This document shows, piece by piece, positions 1-8,442 of a DNA stretch of 64,000 nucleotides. The position numbers and the translations under genes were made by a program. The stretch spans positions 7,220 through 71,219 of the forward strand of contig PGYV01000009.1 in assembly GCA_002839855.1 (NCBI GenBank), given 5' to 3'. The DNA comes from Candidatus Goldiibacteriota bacterium HGW-Goldbacteria-1 (lineage in GTDB: Bacteria > Oederibacteriota > PGYV01). The number at the start of each line of letters is the position of its first letter. The first letter of the stretch is position 1. The notes under the pieces were generated by a model that was given only the letters and a program-made list of their open reading frames with translations, searched no databases and was not told the origin of the DNA.

Positions 1-661
1 ATGTACCGCGCTCTTTTTCCCTGACAACAGTAAGCGATGTAAGCGTACCCGCGATAAGCATCATAAGAATTGCAATTAAACCCGGCACGATAAAATTTAC
101 GCTTTTCATCTGCGGGTTATACCAGACCCTTGGTTCTGCCATAACAGCCGGAATATTTTTTGGGTTTACACCGCGCATCTTTACCTTTTCAAGTATTATG
201 CCGCGCGAATATATAATCGTAATGGCAGAGACATAACCTATAGCCACTGTGGACGTATTTGGTTCTGACCCGTCGCAAATAAGCTGCACAGAGGTTTTTC
301 TATTGCTTTTTAAATCCGAAGAAAAACCTTTTGGCACTGAAAGTATTGCCCTTACTTTATTTACCCTTAAAGCCTCCACGCTTTTTTTCATGTCATTATA
401 CGCGGGTTCATACAGGGTAAAATATCCCGATGCTTCAAATTTTGACACGTACTGCCTGCTGTAAGCGGTGTTGTCATAATCAACCACCGATATGTTTATG
501 TTCTTTATGTCAAAAGTAACCGCGTAACCATAAAGGATAAGCAGCACCACGGGTGCTAAAAGCGCTATTCCAAGCGAGCGCGGATCCCGTTTTATCTGCA
601 AAAATTCCTTTCGCATGACGGGAATTACCCTTTTTATGTCAAGCCTGCCCTGCCCTTTCAC
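1..661 (-). CDS. ABC-2 type efflux permease (YbhS/YbhR-like), truncated by window edge
   Basis: Manually translated from GTG at 661: MKGQGRLDIKRVIPVMRKEFLQIKRDPRSLGIALLAPVVLLILYGYAVTFDIKNI. The KEFLQIxRD motif is typical, and it follows two ABC ATPases. Confidence 0.9.
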   Translation of the reverse strand, partial: MKGQGRLDIKRVIPVMRKEFLQIKRDPRSLGIALLAPVVLLILYGYAVTFDIKNINISVVDYDNTAYSRQYVSKFEASGYFTLYEPAYNDMKKSVEALRVNKVRAILSVPKGFSSDLKSNRKTSVQLICDGSEPNTSTVAIGYVSAITIIYSRGIILEKVKMRGVNPKNIPAVMAEPRVWYNPQMKSVNFIVPGLIAILMMLIAGTLTSLTVVREKERGT

Positions 662-674
662 TTTTCACCTTCCA

Positions 675-1598
675 TTATTTTCTTACCAGCTTTACAAACA
701 CATCTTCCATAGTGGGTTGTGAAATACTCAGCCTGCCATGAATAATTCCGGCTTTGTTAAGAAGCCCGCTTATTTTATCCTGCAGGGTTTCCATTAAAAT
801 CCCGGAAATAACATGCAGCATGGCACCGTGCATTGAGACTTCTCCAATTTCTGCATCACCGGCCAGAAGTTTGTATGCTTTGCTTACATCCTCTGTTTCC
901 ATTTCATATACCGGCAGTTTAAACGCGTGATTTTTAAGCTCCCGTATATTTCCTTCGGCAATAATCTTTCCGCCGTCCATAAGGGATATTCTGCCGCAGT
1001 TTTCCACCTCGTCCATGTAATGGGTGGTCACAAATACGGTGGTACCCTGTTTTGAAATATTATCTATTATTTCCCAGAACTTTCTGCGCAGTATGGGGTC
1101 CACTCCCGCGGTTGGCTCGTCAAGAAATACAATTTCAGGCCTGTGCGCTATAGCGCAGGCAAGGGCTATTCTCTGCCTTATCCCGCCTGCAATACCGGAC
1201 ACAAGCCTGTCCGCTGTTTCATCAAGCCCCAGCTGGTGCATAACCTCTTTGCTGCGGACTTTTATGTCATCATCTTTCATTCCGTAAATACCGCCGTAAA
1301 ACTCAATGTTTTCAGCGGCGGTAAGGTTTGTATAAAGGGCAAATTTCTGCGACATATATCCAAGTTTTTTCTTTATCTCTTCCGGGTCTTTTTTTACGCT
1401 GTAACCCGCCACAATGGCGTCGCCTTTTGTGGGTTCAAGCAGCCCGCACAGGATACGTATAGTGGTGGTTTTTCCCGCGCCATTTGCACCCAAAAAACCG
1501 TATACTTCACCCTTTTTTACTTTAAAAGAAATATCATTAACGGCGGTAAAACTGCCGAAAATTTTTGTAAGATTTTGTGCTTCTACCGCAAAATTCAA
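675..1598 (-). CDS. ABC transporter ATP-binding protein
   Basis: Walker A GANGAGKTT, Walker B VFLDEPT, TTHYMDE. Confidence 0.95.
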   Translation of the reverse strand: MNFAVEAQNLTKIFGSFTAVNDISFKVKKGEVYGFLGANGAGKTTTIRILCGLLEPTKGDAIVAGYSVKKDPEEIKKKLGYMSQKFALYTNLTAAENIEFYGGIYGMKDDDIKVRSKEVMHQLGLDETADRLVSGIAGGIRQRIALACAIAHRPEIVFLDEPTAGVDPILRRKFWEIIDNISKQGTTVFVTTHYMDEVENCGRISLMDGGKIIAEGNIRELKNHAFKLPVYEMETEDVSKAYKLLAGDAEIGEVSMHGAMLHVISGILMETLQDKISGLLNKAGIIHGRLSISQPTMEDVFVKLVRK

Positions 1599-1609
1599 AT
1601 TATTTCCCC

Positions 1610-2506
1610 TTAAGTTATTTTTTCTATGAATACATCCTCAATAGTCACGGCTGCTTTTCTTATTTGCGCGTCAGCGCCAATTCTCTGCCTGAAAATTTCC
1701 ATATCAGATTCATCACTTATCACAATCCTGTAATGGGCTCCCAGCGGCCGTAAGTCTTCAAGTGAAGCAAGCCCTTTTGCGGACTCCTTTATTTTTTCAC
1801 TGTTACCTGTCACTTCGTAAACCGAACTTTTAATGCTTTTTTTCAGTTCTACCGGGCTTCCGGACATCAGAAATTTTCCCGCGTACATAAGGCCCACCCT
1901 GGAACACCACTCGGCCTCGTCCATGTAAGGAGTGCTTACAATCAAAGTTACCCCTTCAGTTCTAATTTCCTGAAGTATTTCCCAGAACTCCCTGCGCGAC
2001 ACGGGGTCAACTCCCGTGGTGGGTTCGTCAAGTATTAGCAGCTTTGGCCTGTGAATAAGCGTGCACATCAAAGCAAGTTTTTGTTTCATTCCCCCGGATA
2101 AATTTCCGGCAAGCCTGTCCTTGAAAGGTTCCAGCCTGGTCATTTTTAACAACGGCTCCAGCCTTTTAGCAAGCGTCATCCTGTCTATGCTGAAAATATC
2201 GGCAAAAAATTCCATATTTTCCTGAACGGTCAGATCGGTATATAAAGAGAATTTTTGCGGCATGTATCCCATATGCTCTTTGGCGCCTTCCGCCTCTTTT
2301 GGAAGGCGATATCCCAGCACAGTGCATTCCCCTGAATCCTGGTGCATAATACCCGCAAGCATCCTTAGAGTGGTGGTTTTGCCGGCGCCATCCGGGCCTA
2401 TAAGCCCAAAAATTTCTCCGGAATTTATTTCAAAAGAACATCCGGACACCGCTTCCACTTTTCCAAAACTCTTTTTTAAATTATTTACAGATACTATGCT
2501 TCCCAT
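1610..2506 (-). CDS. ABC transporter ATP-binding protein
   Basis: GPDGAGKTT, LSGGMKQ, LILDEPT; SD AAGGAG. Confidence 0.95.
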   Translation of the reverse strand: MGSIVSVNNLKKSFGKVEAVSGCSFEINSGEIFGLIGPDGAGKTTTLRMLAGIMHQDSGECTVLGYRLPKEAEGAKEHMGYMPQKFSLYTDLTVQENMEFFADIFSIDRMTLAKRLEPLLKMTRLEPFKDRLAGNLSGGMKQKLALMCTLIHRPKLLILDEPTTGVDPVSRREFWEILQEIRTEGVTLIVSTPYMDEAEWCSRVGLMYAGKFLMSGSPVELKKSIKSSVYEVTGNSEKIKESAKGLASLEDLRPLGAHYRIVISDESDMEIFRQRIGADAQIRKAAVTIEDVFIEKIT

Positions 2507-2574
2507 TTTGCTCCTTTATTTATCCGTTCTCATCTTTCCTTTAATTTTAGTATTTATGGGCTGTGGCTTATACT

Positions 2575-3339
2575 TTATAAGTTAATAACCACATCAGCCG
2601 GTATTCCGGGCTTTAACATGCCTTCATCATTTTTGACGGTTATTTCAACGGCAAATACCTGTTTTACCCTTTCATCTTTTGTCTGGACATTTTTTGGCGT
2701 AAATTCCGCGTCCTGTGATATACGGGAAACACTTCCCTTAAACACTTTATCCTTATACGCGTCTATTTTTACAGAAGCCGTACTGCCCAGTTTTACCCTG
2801 CTCATATCAATAAGCGGGATGTAAATTGTAACCTTCGCGGTATTCATATCACCCAGAGTGAAAACCGGAGTGTTTGGAGATACAAGTTCGCCCTCTTCCA
2901 CATGTACTTCCATTATTAAACCATCCCACGGCGCCTTAACCTGCGCTTCTTTTAACATTTCATCCGCTGTAATGTAAGCTGACCTTGCCTGGTTATACTG
3001 CGCTTCCGATGCTTCAACCTGCTGCTTTGAAATTGAAGCGGAAGAATACAGCTCTTTAGCCCTGTCATAGGCGGCTTTTGCGGTATTATAGGAAGAATAC
3101 GCCCCCTGCTGCTGCGCCTGTACTATTACACTTTCAAGGACGGCAACAGTTTCACCGGCTTTTACGGTTTCCCCCGCATCCTTTAATTTTTTTATCACCC
3201 TTGCTGAAATTTTAGGCGCCACATCCACCTCTTTTATTTCAACAGTCCCGGAACCTGATATGGCCGTATTTTGTTTTGAACAGCCCGCAATTGCAAATAT
3301 GGAAAGTACAACAATTAGAAGCGCAGTATTTTTTTTCAT
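2575..3339 (-). CDS. HlyD/YbhG-like membrane fusion lipoprotein
   Basis: Lipobox IAGC; AEFTPKNVQTKDER motif; C-terminal LKPGIPADV. Confidence 0.9.
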   Translation of the reverse strand: MKKNTALLIVVLSIFAIAGCSKQNTAISGSGTVEIKEVDVAPKISARVIKKLKDAGETVKAGETVAVLESVIVQAQQQGAYSSYNTAKAAYDRAKELYSSASISKQQVEASEAQYNQARSAYITADEMLKEAQVKAPWDGLIMEVHVEEGELVSPNTPVFTLGDMNTAKVTIYIPLIDMSRVKLGSTASVKIDAYKDKVFKGSVSRISQDAEFTPKNVQTKDERVKQVFAVEITVKNDEGMLKPGIPADVVINL

Positions 3340-4011
3340 TTACTGTTTCCTCCTTTTATCTTCCGGCAGCATTGAGCTTTTAAAATTATCCATAATATAT
3401 TTTTTTCTGTCTTTTACGAATTTGCCTACTATTAACCTGTTAAATCCAATTTTGCCCGCAATATCTTCCGCCATAGGTTTAACCATATACACGGGTGCAA
3501 GCTGAACAATAAAACTGATTAAAAACTGATAGATATTTACTTTTTTCATTCTGCCTTCTTTCATCTCTTTACTAAGATACTTATACAGTTTTCCGTTTAC
3601 CGGATTAAAGGGTATTTTGCTGAAATTTTCAATTATTATCTTTGGCATATGTTTTGCACCGCTTATCACTTCATATACCATCAGTTTAAGATGGCTTCTG
3701 TATTCATCAAACATCCTTTCATAAACATTAAGTATTTCTTCCATAACTTTCTCTGTCTTCCCGCCATTTTCAAAATCAATCGCGTTTATCCTTTCTATCA
3801 ATATGCCAAAAACCGTCCTTAAAACCTGCTCATATATGTTTTCTTTTGATGAATAATAGTAATGAAGCAGCGCTTTATTCACTTTTGCCCTGTCTGCTAT
3901 CCTCTGCGTCCTTGCGCCGTAAAACCCGTATTCAACAAATTCATCAGACGCGGCTTTAAGTATTCTTTCTTTTGCCTTTAACTCTTTTTCCGGATCCTGT
4001 TTTTTTGACAC
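3340..4011 (-). CDS. TetR/AcrR family transcriptional regulator
   Basis: HTH ILKAASDEFVEYGFYGARTQRIADRAKVNKALLHYYYSSKE; start moved to GTG at 4011 after SD GGAGG. Confidence 0.9.
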   Translation of the reverse strand: MSKKQDPEKELKAKERILKAASDEFVEYGFYGARTQRIADRAKVNKALLHYYYSSKENIYEQVLRTVFGILIERINAIDFENGGKTEKVMEEILNVYERMFDEYRSHLKLMVYEVISGAKHMPKIIIENFSKIPFNPVNGKLYKYLSKEMKEGRMKKVNIYQFLISFIVQLAPVYMVKPMAEDIAGKIGFNRLIVGKFVKDRKKYIMDNFKSSMLPEDKRRKQ

Positions 4012-4092
4012 TTTTAACCTCCGTATTCTTTCCGGCGAAAATAAAGTAAAAATTCCACTCCGGAACAAAAATTTTTATTTCAGCAGATTTTT

Positions 4093-5268
4093 TCATAGGA
4101 AATCAAAGTCCATATATAAAGGTTTAAGCAAAGGGAATGCCGCCTTTAATATTTTACTGTTACTTCCGGCCTTATATTTTATTCCAAGCACCATTTTCAT
4201 AAATATGCCTTCGTTAACTTGCGCTATTATTTTTTGATTGTAGTAAAACGTTATCTTTCCCCGCGGGCCTTTTTCTGTCCTTTTCATATCAAATGTACCG
4301 TTTATCCCGGCTTTTTTAAACCGCTTTAATATGAGAGGAACAATTACTTTTTTTAATCCTTCAAAATTGCCGATTCTGTACATTCTGATATATTTGGGAG
4401 TGATATATAAATCAATCTCTTTTTTTACAGGTTTTCTGGAACCTTCTATTTCTATCCCTTTGCCATTGTCATAATATATTTTATTTAAACCTTTTTGTTT
4501 TACATATTCAAATGCCTTTGCCGCAAGTGCTTTTGCGGCTTCTTCATGCCCCGGTAAATAACACAGCTCGGATATTTTTAGCGTATTTTTTTCAATATGA
4601 TTTACAGGGCCCATTAAAAGATAACCGCATGCTTTTTTATTTTTATATGCTATATAAGCCGGAGATATCCCGACTCCTTCCGACAATCCTTCTTTGTGAA
4701 TGTATTTACACCCCAGTACCCATGTATTAAGCGGCCTTACCACCGGGCCTGTTTTATCCGCGCAGAATTTTTCATGTATTTGTGCCATTGTTCTGATATT
4801 ATTTTTTTTCAACGGATCCGCTTTTTTTACAGCGTACCCGTATTGTATTTTTAGTTTGTCATCCAAATCCATAACTTTAAACGGAAACATAACCGGTGAA
4901 AACCCAAACTGCTTATAATAGGAGGTTTTGTAAGGATTAAGGTATGTAAGCGGATACCCTTCTTTTTTAATAAATTCCAGTGCGTCTCGTGTTATTACGG
5001 CAGCGTACCCTTTTCCCCTTTCATCCGGCGCGGTTGCCACTCCGGCTATACCTGCCGCTTTTACCTTTATACCGTCTATATATATTTCCCTTGGCAGAAC
5101 GCACGCCATGCTGACAAGTTTTTTACCTTCATATAACAACCTTATGTTTTTATATGAGAACTGTTCTTCTTTCATTATGGATGTATTAAGAAAAGATGAA
5201 TTAAAGACTTCAGCGCTTAATTTTACCGCGTCTTTGATGTTGATTTGATTTGCCTGTTTTATTTCCAT
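4093..5268 (-). CDS. Eis-like GNAT N-acetyltransferase
   Basis: GIAGVATAPDERGKGYA acetyl-CoA motif; YYKQFGF. Confidence 0.85.
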   Translation of the reverse strand: MEIKQANQINIKDAVKLSAEVFNSSFLNTSIMKEEQFSYKNIRLLYEGKKLVSMACVLPREIYIDGIKVKAAGIAGVATAPDERGKGYAAVITRDALEFIKKEGYPLTYLNPYKTSYYKQFGFSPVMFPFKVMDLDDKLKIQYGYAVKKADPLKKNNIRTMAQIHEKFCADKTGPVVRPLNTWVLGCKYIHKEGLSEGVGISPAYIAYKNKKACGYLLMGPVNHIEKNTLKISELCYLPGHEEAAKALAAKAFEYVKQKGLNKIYYDNGKGIEIEGSRKPVKKEIDLYITPKYIRMYRIGNFEGLKKVIVPLILKRFKKAGINGTFDMKRTEKGPRGKITFYYNQKIIAQVNEGIFMKMVLGIKYKAGSNSKILKAAFPLLKPLYMDFDFL

Positions 5269-5285
5269 TACAGCCGCCTGTTTAA

Positions 5286-5343
5286 TTTAACTGATTAGTT
5301 TAACCATCTGGTTAAATTATACAGTATTGACTTCAGAAATCAA
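5286..5343 (-). promoter_or_regulatory. sigma70-like promoter plus tandem palindromic operator (candidate TetR site)
   Basis: TTGATT-16-TATAAT on minus; palindrome TTTAACCA-TC-TGGTTAAA (5299-5316) and an imperfect copy at 5286-5303 directly downstream of the -10. Confidence 0.65.
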
Positions 5344-5375
5344 CAGCTTTTTTTAATTAAATTTGTCGGCTTGTT

Positions 5376-5567
5376 TTACTGTGCCCTGTAATTGCCGCAT
5401 TTAGCAAAACTATTTGTTTCGGCAAACCCGCAGCAGATATCTGTCTGATCCCCGCCTTTATTGCAGTTTTCTCTTTTTAAAGCGCATACCCTGCGGTTTT
5501 TTTCCACCCATCCCTGTTCATTAGCCGCTTCCGAATAATCAATTTCTTCTTCTAAAAATCTGCACAT
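5376..5567 (-). CDS. small Cys-rich hypothetical protein
   Basis: SD GGAGGG before ATG; 63 aa with 6 Cys. Confidence 0.6.
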   Translation of the reverse strand: MCRFLEEEIDYSEAANEQGWVEKNRRVCALKRENCNKGGDQTDICCGFAETNSFAKCGNYRAQ

Positions 5568-5666
5568 GCCGCCCTCCTAAAATAGGTTTTTTTAGCCCGT
5601 TAGGATTGTCTTTAACACTAAAATCAATTTCCGCATATGCTGCCGTTTTAAATAACGGTTTGTTGT

Positions 5667-6221
5667 TCAGCGATTCTCTTTTTCCCCAAAAACCTGCGCT
5701 TCAAAGACATATATTTCGGTTTTAGGGTCAAGATACGCGTCCTTTGACAATCCGGCTTTTCCTTCACAAAGGTGTTCCATAAATTCTTTTTTACTCCACC
5801 CGGTTTCATCAGCCACCTGAGGAAGAAATACGCCTGCCGCAAAACCTTTTTTAACTATTACGCCGTGCCTGCCAAGTTCAATTTCATCAATACCGGACAC
5901 CCTTCGCTTGGGTGACAGTATGGATACTTCCACATCAATATCTTTAAGCTCCTCTTCATTTACAGGTTCAAACCTTGGATCCTGTGTTGCAGACTCTATT
6001 GCCATTTCTTCAACTGTTTTATGTATTGGTTCATTGCTTTCTATTGTTCCAATACAGCCCCTAAGCTGCCCATTATTATGAATAGTGACAAAAGCGCCGC
6101 CGGTCTGATTAAACTCCGGGTCAGTGGAATTAAACCGCGGAATAATACTTTTTGTTATATATTGCTCTATCGTATTTCTGGCAAGTTTTAAGATTTCATC
6201 CTGCTGCTGTTTATTCAGCAT
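5667..6221 (-). CDS. amrA: AmmeMemoRadiSam system protein A (AMMECR1 domain)
   Basis: LRGCIG, DPRF, FLPQVA motifs. Confidence 0.9.
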   Translation of the reverse strand: MLNKQQQDEILKLARNTIEQYITKSIIPRFNSTDPEFNQTGGAFVTIHNNGQLRGCIGTIESNEPIHKTVEEMAIESATQDPRFEPVNEEELKDIDVEVSILSPKRRVSGIDEIELGRHGVIVKKGFAAGVFLPQVADETGWSKKEFMEHLCEGKAGLSKDAYLDPKTEIYVFEAQVFGEKENR

Positions 6222-6954
6222 TTTTTACCTTCTTTTCTTCAGGTATAAATACCTTTATATTTTTATTTTTAATAAGTTTTTTAAATTCTTCCCCGTCATT
6301 TTTATTTCCCACAATAAGCCCGTAATGCATTGGAACCGCGATTTCAGGCTTTATCAAATCCACAGCTTCTGCCGCTTCTTTTGGTGTCATTACATAAGTG
6401 CCGGATACAGGCACAAGCGCCACTGATATTTTACCCAAACTCTTCATTTCGTCTATCAGGTCAGTGTCGCCCATATGGTATGTTCTTGTTCCTTCATAAT
6501 TCAGGATATACCCCACTTTGCCGTCTTTTTTTGGATGAAATGGTTTTTTATTATTATATGCCGCAACCGCTTCCACTTTTATATTGCCAAGCATGATAGA
6601 ATCCCCGGGTTTTACTATTTTAAGATTATAGCCTTTAAGTTTATCAGCGCATTTTTCCGTACATACTACTACTGTGTTTTTTGACGTGATTTTTTTTATA
6701 TCCTCAGGCGAACAGTGGTCATGATGTTCGTGGGTAATCAGGATATAATCTGCCGGTATCCCGGCATCAAGTTTAAAAGGGTCTATATAAATGATTTTTT
6801 TATCAAGTTTCAGCATAAATGAGTCGTGGTGAAACCATGTCATATTTTTTATTATCTGCTCTGCCGTCATATTGTTTTCCATGGCAAATCCCCCCGATAC
6901 TGAAATTAAAATGAATACCTGCAGCAGAAACAGTTTAATAATGCCTTTACCCAT
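6211..6954 (-). CDS. MBL-fold metallo-hydrolase (UlaG-like), possible signal peptide
   Basis: THEHHDH, HMGDT, PMHYG. Confidence 0.9.
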   Translation of the reverse strand: MGKGIIKLFLLQVFILISVSGGFAMENNMTAEQIIKNMTWFHHDSFMLKLDKKIIYIDPFKLDAGIPADYILITHEHHDHCSPEDIKKITSKNTVVVCTEKCADKLKGYNLKIVKPGDSIMLGNIKVEAVAAYNNKKPFHPKKDGKVGYILNYEGTRTYHMGDTDLIDEMKSLGKISVALVPVSGTYVMTPKEAAEAVDLIKPEIAVPMHYGLIVGNKNDGEEFKKLIKNKNIKVFIPEEKKVKNAE

Positions 6955-6987
6955 AACAACCTCCCTGCATACTTCTTTATTATTCCC

Positions 6988-7015
6988 TTGACATTATACC
7001 TTAAAAAAATATAAT
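6988..7015 (+). promoter_or_regulatory. sigma70 promoter of tRNA gene
   Basis: TTGACA-16-TATAAT about 30 nt upstream of the tRNA. Confidence 0.7.
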
Positions 7016-7043
7016 ATAAAACACTTTGAAATTAACAAAAAGT

Positions 7044-7120
7044 GGGCCCTTAGCTCAGTTGGTTAGAGCAGTAGACTCATAATCTATTGGTCGTAGGTTC
7101 AAGTCCTACAGGGCCCACCA
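7044..7120 (+). tRNA. tRNA-Ile2 (CAT anticodon, lysidine type)
   Basis: Cloverleaf GGGCCCT...AGGGCCC-ACCA, anticodon loop CTCATAA, GTTCAAGTC T-arm. Resembles Ile2 rather than Met (G1-C72 paired, no initiator GGG/CCC anticodon stem). Confidence 0.9.
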
Positions 7121-7122
7121 TT

Positions 7123-7165
7123 TAAAATAAAAAAAGCGTACCTTGTGTACGCTTTTTTTATTTTA
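7123..7165 (+). terminator. bidirectional intrinsic terminator
   Basis: AAAATAAAAAAAGCGTAC-cttgt-GTACGCTTTTTTTATTTT. Confidence 0.8.
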
Positions 7166-7215
7166 TGGCCCTGCAGGGCTTGAATGGTTTTGCCAAAGTA
7201 CTTTAAGTTCTTAAT

Positions 7216-7361
7216 GTAGAGACGCAATATATTGCGTCTCGTTTTTATACCCACCTTTAGCTTACACGGTTTATATGTAATATAGGAGTGTTTACAATTA
7301 GATACATTTTATCTCACAGATTTAAAAACAAAACCTTAGACGCAATATATTGCGTCTCTAC
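7216..7361. repeat. REP doublet (REPIN-like), family C GTAGAGACGCAATATATTGCGTCTC
   Basis: Inverted copies at 7216-7240 and 7338-7361; third copy at 17975-17999. Confidence 0.85.
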
Positions 7362-7362
7362 T

Positions 7363-8442
7363 TTATAAACCAAGTTCTTTTAAATCAATACCTTCAAACT
7401 TTAACGCGTCAATAAACGCCTTTATCTCTGCGGAGTCCTGCATTATTTCAGGCCTATAATTTACAAGTTTTACCGGTATAAACTTAACTTTTTTTATTAC
7501 TTTATTTTCTATTTCAAGATTTATTATGCCGCTTTTGTGTGTGTCTTCACGTTCAAGGTCAAATACAAAATTCCCAAGGCCATAAAATATATATTTACCG
7601 TTGTATTTTTCAACGTCCTGAAACAGGTGCGTATGAGAACCAAAAACAAAATCAACTCCGGAATCAATTAATTTTCTTGCGAATTTTTTCTGATAATTTT
7701 TTACCTCTTCATATTCCCTCCCCCAGTGAAGATAAACAATTAAAATATCACTCTCTTTTCTGTGGGCCTTTATGTCTTTTTGTATTTCATCCATAAGCGC
7801 GGGTATTGTACCGTATCTGTCTTTGCCCGCGAAAAAGGTTTCATGGGATACGTTTGAATAACATAAAAATGAGACCTTTGCTCCATTGACATACTTCACG
7901 CACGGAACATTTGGTTTCCAAAGGTTATTTTTTCTTATTCCGCAGTGGTCAATACCCGTTTTTTCAAGCGCCTGCACAGTCTGTGTAAGCCCATACTGCC
8001 CGTAATCCAAAATATGATTATTAGCAAGTGATACTATATTGATTCCAGCGTCTGCCAGTGCCCGGGCATCCCTTTCAAAACCATAAAGATGAACAGACTT
8101 ATCCTTTCCCTGCTTTTTTAAATTTAAAAGGCTTTCTTTATTTACTAAAGGGGCTTCCAGGTTCCCAAACACAACTGATGATTTTTTAAACAGTTCTTTA
8201 ACTTTTTCATATGGGTACCCAATTCCATTAACATCTATCAAAGGGGAAAGTTTTCTTCCCGGCATTATATCGCCCACAAGCGTTATAATATTTGAACCAT
8301 TTATGTTCTGCGTAATTACGCCTTTATCCTGCTGTAACTGCGCCTTATCTTCCGGCTTCACCGTAGCGCATCCCGCAGATAACCCGATTAAACCAAGCAG
8401 TGCTGCCGCGGACGCTATTTTCCAAAAAGTTGTTTTATTAAT
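7363..8442 (-). CDS. CapA/PGA_cap family metallophosphatase lipoprotein
   Basis: GNLE, LANNHILDYG, HWGREY, GSHTH, YGLGNFVF. The frame extends upstream through a lipoprotein signal (LSAGC) to an ATT at 8442; the first canonical start is GTG at 8361. Confidence 0.85.
   Translation of the reverse strand: MNKTTFWKIASAAALLGLIGLSAGCATVKPEDKAQLQQDKGVITQNINGSNIITLVGDIMPGRKLSPLIDVNGIGYPYEKVKELFKKSSVVFGNLEAPLVNKESLLNLKKQGKDKSVHLYGFERDARALADAGINIVSLANNHILDYGQYGLTQTVQALEKTGIDHCGIRKNNLWKPNVPCVKYVNGAKVSFLCYSNVSHETFFAGKDRYGTIPALMDEIQKDIKAHRKESDILIVYLHWGREYEEVKNYQKKFARKLIDSGVDFVFGSHTHLFQDVEKYNGKYIFYGLGNFVFDLEREDTHKSGIINLEIENKVIKKVKFIPVKLVNYRPEIMQDSAEIKAFIDALKFEGIDLKELGL

Noticed and set aside
7044..7120. 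tRNA-Met or fMet assignment
   Set aside because: Paired G1-C72, no GGG/CCC anticodon stem, and overall resemblance to Ile2(CAU); tRNAscan-SE isotype models would settle it.
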